Shown piece after piece: positions 62,459 to 64,000 of a stretch of 64,000 nucleotides of DNA (position 1 is its first letter; every line of letters starts with the position of its first letter). The position numbers were made by a program, and so were the translations under genes. The notes below the pieces were generated by a model. That model was given only the letters and a program-made list of their open reading frames with translations. It did not search any database and was not told where the DNA came from. Source of the stretch: an uncultured delta proteobacterium. Lineage in GTDB: Bacteria; Desulfobacterota; Desulfobulbia; Desulfobulbales; Desulfocapsaceae. The stretch is taken from NCBI GenBank assembly GCA_963745765.1, contig CAVUYQ010000034.1, positions 5,326-69,325 on the forward strand. Reading direction: 5' to 3'.

Positions 62459-63763
62459 TCATAGCAGCCCGAAAAAGCGGGGTACAACAAGGGACAGCCA
62501 GGGAACAGCCACAATGATTACCAGGGCGAACAGCATCGCTGCCACCAGCGGAAGCACGGCCCGAAATGTTCTCTCAAGCGGGATATCGGCGAGCTGTGTT
62601 GTGACATAGAGATTGACGGCAACCGGCGGGGTGAACTGGCCGATGGCAAGGTTAAAGGTCATCACAACGCCGAACCAGACCGGATCCCAGTGAAAGGAAG
62701 ACATGATCGGCAGGAAAATCGGCAGGAAAATATAATAAATCGAAATGGCATCCATCAGCATGCCGCCCACGAAAATCAGGCCATTGATCAGAAACAGAAG
62801 TACCCACTCATTTGAAGAAACTCCCATCAGGTAGCCGGCCAGATCGTCGAGAATCCCGACCGTCGAGCCGGCCCAGGAAAAAAGACCGGCAAAGGCCACA
62901 ATAAGCATGACAACCGCCGAGGCTTCACAGGCATCGACGAGAATCCGGTAAATCATTTTAAACGTCAGGCTGCGATAAATCACAAGGCCCAGCAAAAGGC
63001 TGTAGAAAACGGCGACGACGGCAGCTTCGGTCGGGGTGAAAATCCCGCCGTATAACCCTCCGAGTATTATTACCGGGGCGAGCAGGCCCCAGAAAGCCTG
63101 TTTGAATGACTGCCAGAGACTCTCCCTGTTCTTCCGGGGCTGGGCCCCATAGCCTTTTTTTCGGGCAATCAGGTAGGCAGGTATAACAATCGCCAGTCCG
63201 GCAATGAGGCCGGGAATAGCACCGGCCGCAAATAAGGCAGGTATCGAGGTATTGGTGATGGCCCCATAAATGATGAGAGCTATACTGGGGGGAACTATTA
63301 TCGCTGTCGAGCCGGCCGCGGCAATAAGCGAGGCACTATAGGATTTGCTATAACCCTGGGCATACATGGCAGGAATGAGAATAGCGCCGATGGCAGCCGC
63401 GTCGGCAGGTCCTGACCCTGAGACCCCGCCAAAAAAGACACAGACGGCAACTGCAACAATGACGAGGCCTCCCGCACGATGTCCGACGAGCAGGTTGGCA
63501 AATCGAATGATCCTCTCTGATATGCCGCAACGTTCGAGAACAAAACCGGCAAGAATGAAGAGCGGTATGGCAAGGAGCGGGAACTTGGCGATTCCGGCGA
63601 AAAAATTTGGCGCGATTACCGGTGTACCCAGATCGGCAAAATGTATGACCAGAAAGGACGGGACACCGATAGCGATGGCAATCGGCGTGCCCAGCAGTAG
63701 CAGGATAAAAAAAACGATAAACAGCAGGGCTCCCATTATCGTTCTACCCTGAAGCTGCGCCAT
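62459..63763 (-). CDS. dctM: TRAP transporter large permease subunit
   Basis: 434-aa polytopic protein with typical DctM N-terminus GALLFIVFFILLLLGTPIAIAIG. Confidence 0.9.
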   Translation of the reverse strand: MAQLQGRTIMGALLFIVFFILLLLGTPIAIAIGVPSFLVIHFADLGTPVIAPNFFAGIAKFPLLAIPLFILAGFVLERCGISERIIRFANLLVGHRAGGLVIVAVAVCVFFGGVSGSGPADAAAIGAILIPAMYAQGYSKSYSASLIAAAGSTAIIVPPSIALIIYGAITNTSIPALFAAGAIPGLIAGLAIVIPAYLIARKKGYGAQPRKNRESLWQSFKQAFWGLLAPVIILGGLYGGIFTPTEAAVVAVFYSLLLGLVIYRSLTFKMIYRILVDACEASAVVMLIVAFAGLFSWAGSTVGILDDLAGYLMGVSSNEWVLLFLINGLIFVGGMLMDAISIYYIFLPIFLPIMSSFHWDPVWFGVVMTFNLAIGQFTPPVAVNLYVTTQLADIPLERTFRAVLPLVAAMLFALVIIVAVPWLSLVVPRFFGLL

Positions 63764-64000
63764 TCAGCCTGCACAATACGAATAACGACCAGCAGACAGC
63801 CAAACGGAATAGCAAGCGTATAGAGCCATTGCGGGTAGCCAAGCGATTCACTGGTAATTTCAAGAAATCGCTCATCCAGCAGCTGCAGCCAGCCGAGGTA
63901 GCCGAGATAGCAGAAGAGGAGGGCAGAAATGATATTGATCAAGCGCTCCAGGATAACCCGGCGGGCTGGTTTCAGCCTTCCGACAAAGAAGAGCAGTCTC
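63736..64000 (-). CDS. dctQ: TRAP transporter small permease subunit, partial (runs off window end)
   Basis: Frame is open to 64000. C-terminal TM segments. 28-nt overlap with the dctM start, as is typical. Confidence 0.7.
   Translation of the reverse strand, partial: RLLFFVGRLKPARRVILERLINIISALLFCYLGYLGWLQLLDERFLEITSESLGYPQWLYTLAIPFGCLLVVIRIVQAEWRSFRVER

Overview
This window looks chromosomal and comes from what appears to be a sulfate-reducing Desulfobacterota (Desulfobulbales-like) genome. That inference rests on gene content: sat, a tetraheme cytochrome c3 next to System II cytochrome c maturation genes, sigma54-type promoters, and TRAP and Tat components.

Layout:
- 1-16.3 kb: a type IV pilus locus. 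It holds pilA with a sigma54 promoter, divergent pilS/pilR, a fimT-pilW-pilV-pilX-pilY1 operon with a ~1950-aa PilY1, and accessory membrane glycosyltransferase-like and VKOR-DsbA genes.
- 16.5-19.8 kb: copZ plus a badly decayed copA.
- 19.9-23 kb: sat and aroB.
- 23.7-27.7 kb: a tight four-gene cluster (SPFH protein, double zinc-ribbon protein, CDA-fold deaminase, radical SAM/SPASM).
- 27.7-64 kb: housekeeping genes, namely tatBC, purA, rpoZ, dnaJ, moaC, glyS, ccsBA, rpmB, era, ftsEX-envC-ctp, ileS-lspA-fabD, bioBAFGCD, and dctQM at the right edge.

Main observations:
1. Frame-disrupting lesions are strongly clustered rather than evenly spread.
2. Two related MITE-like repeat families occur. 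One has TA flanks and donates stop codons and a terminator hairpin.
3. PilY1 carries extra vWA, CBM-like, Cys-rich and Ca-loop modules.
4. An orphan 482-aa protein has a C-terminal DisA_N-like (diadenylate cyclase) domain with a degenerate RHR motif.
5. A FolE2-family paralog appears to lack the catalytic metal ligands.

I saw no rRNA, tRNA or CRISPR array. All calls come from reading the sequence and the ORF track by eye. No database search or folding program was run.
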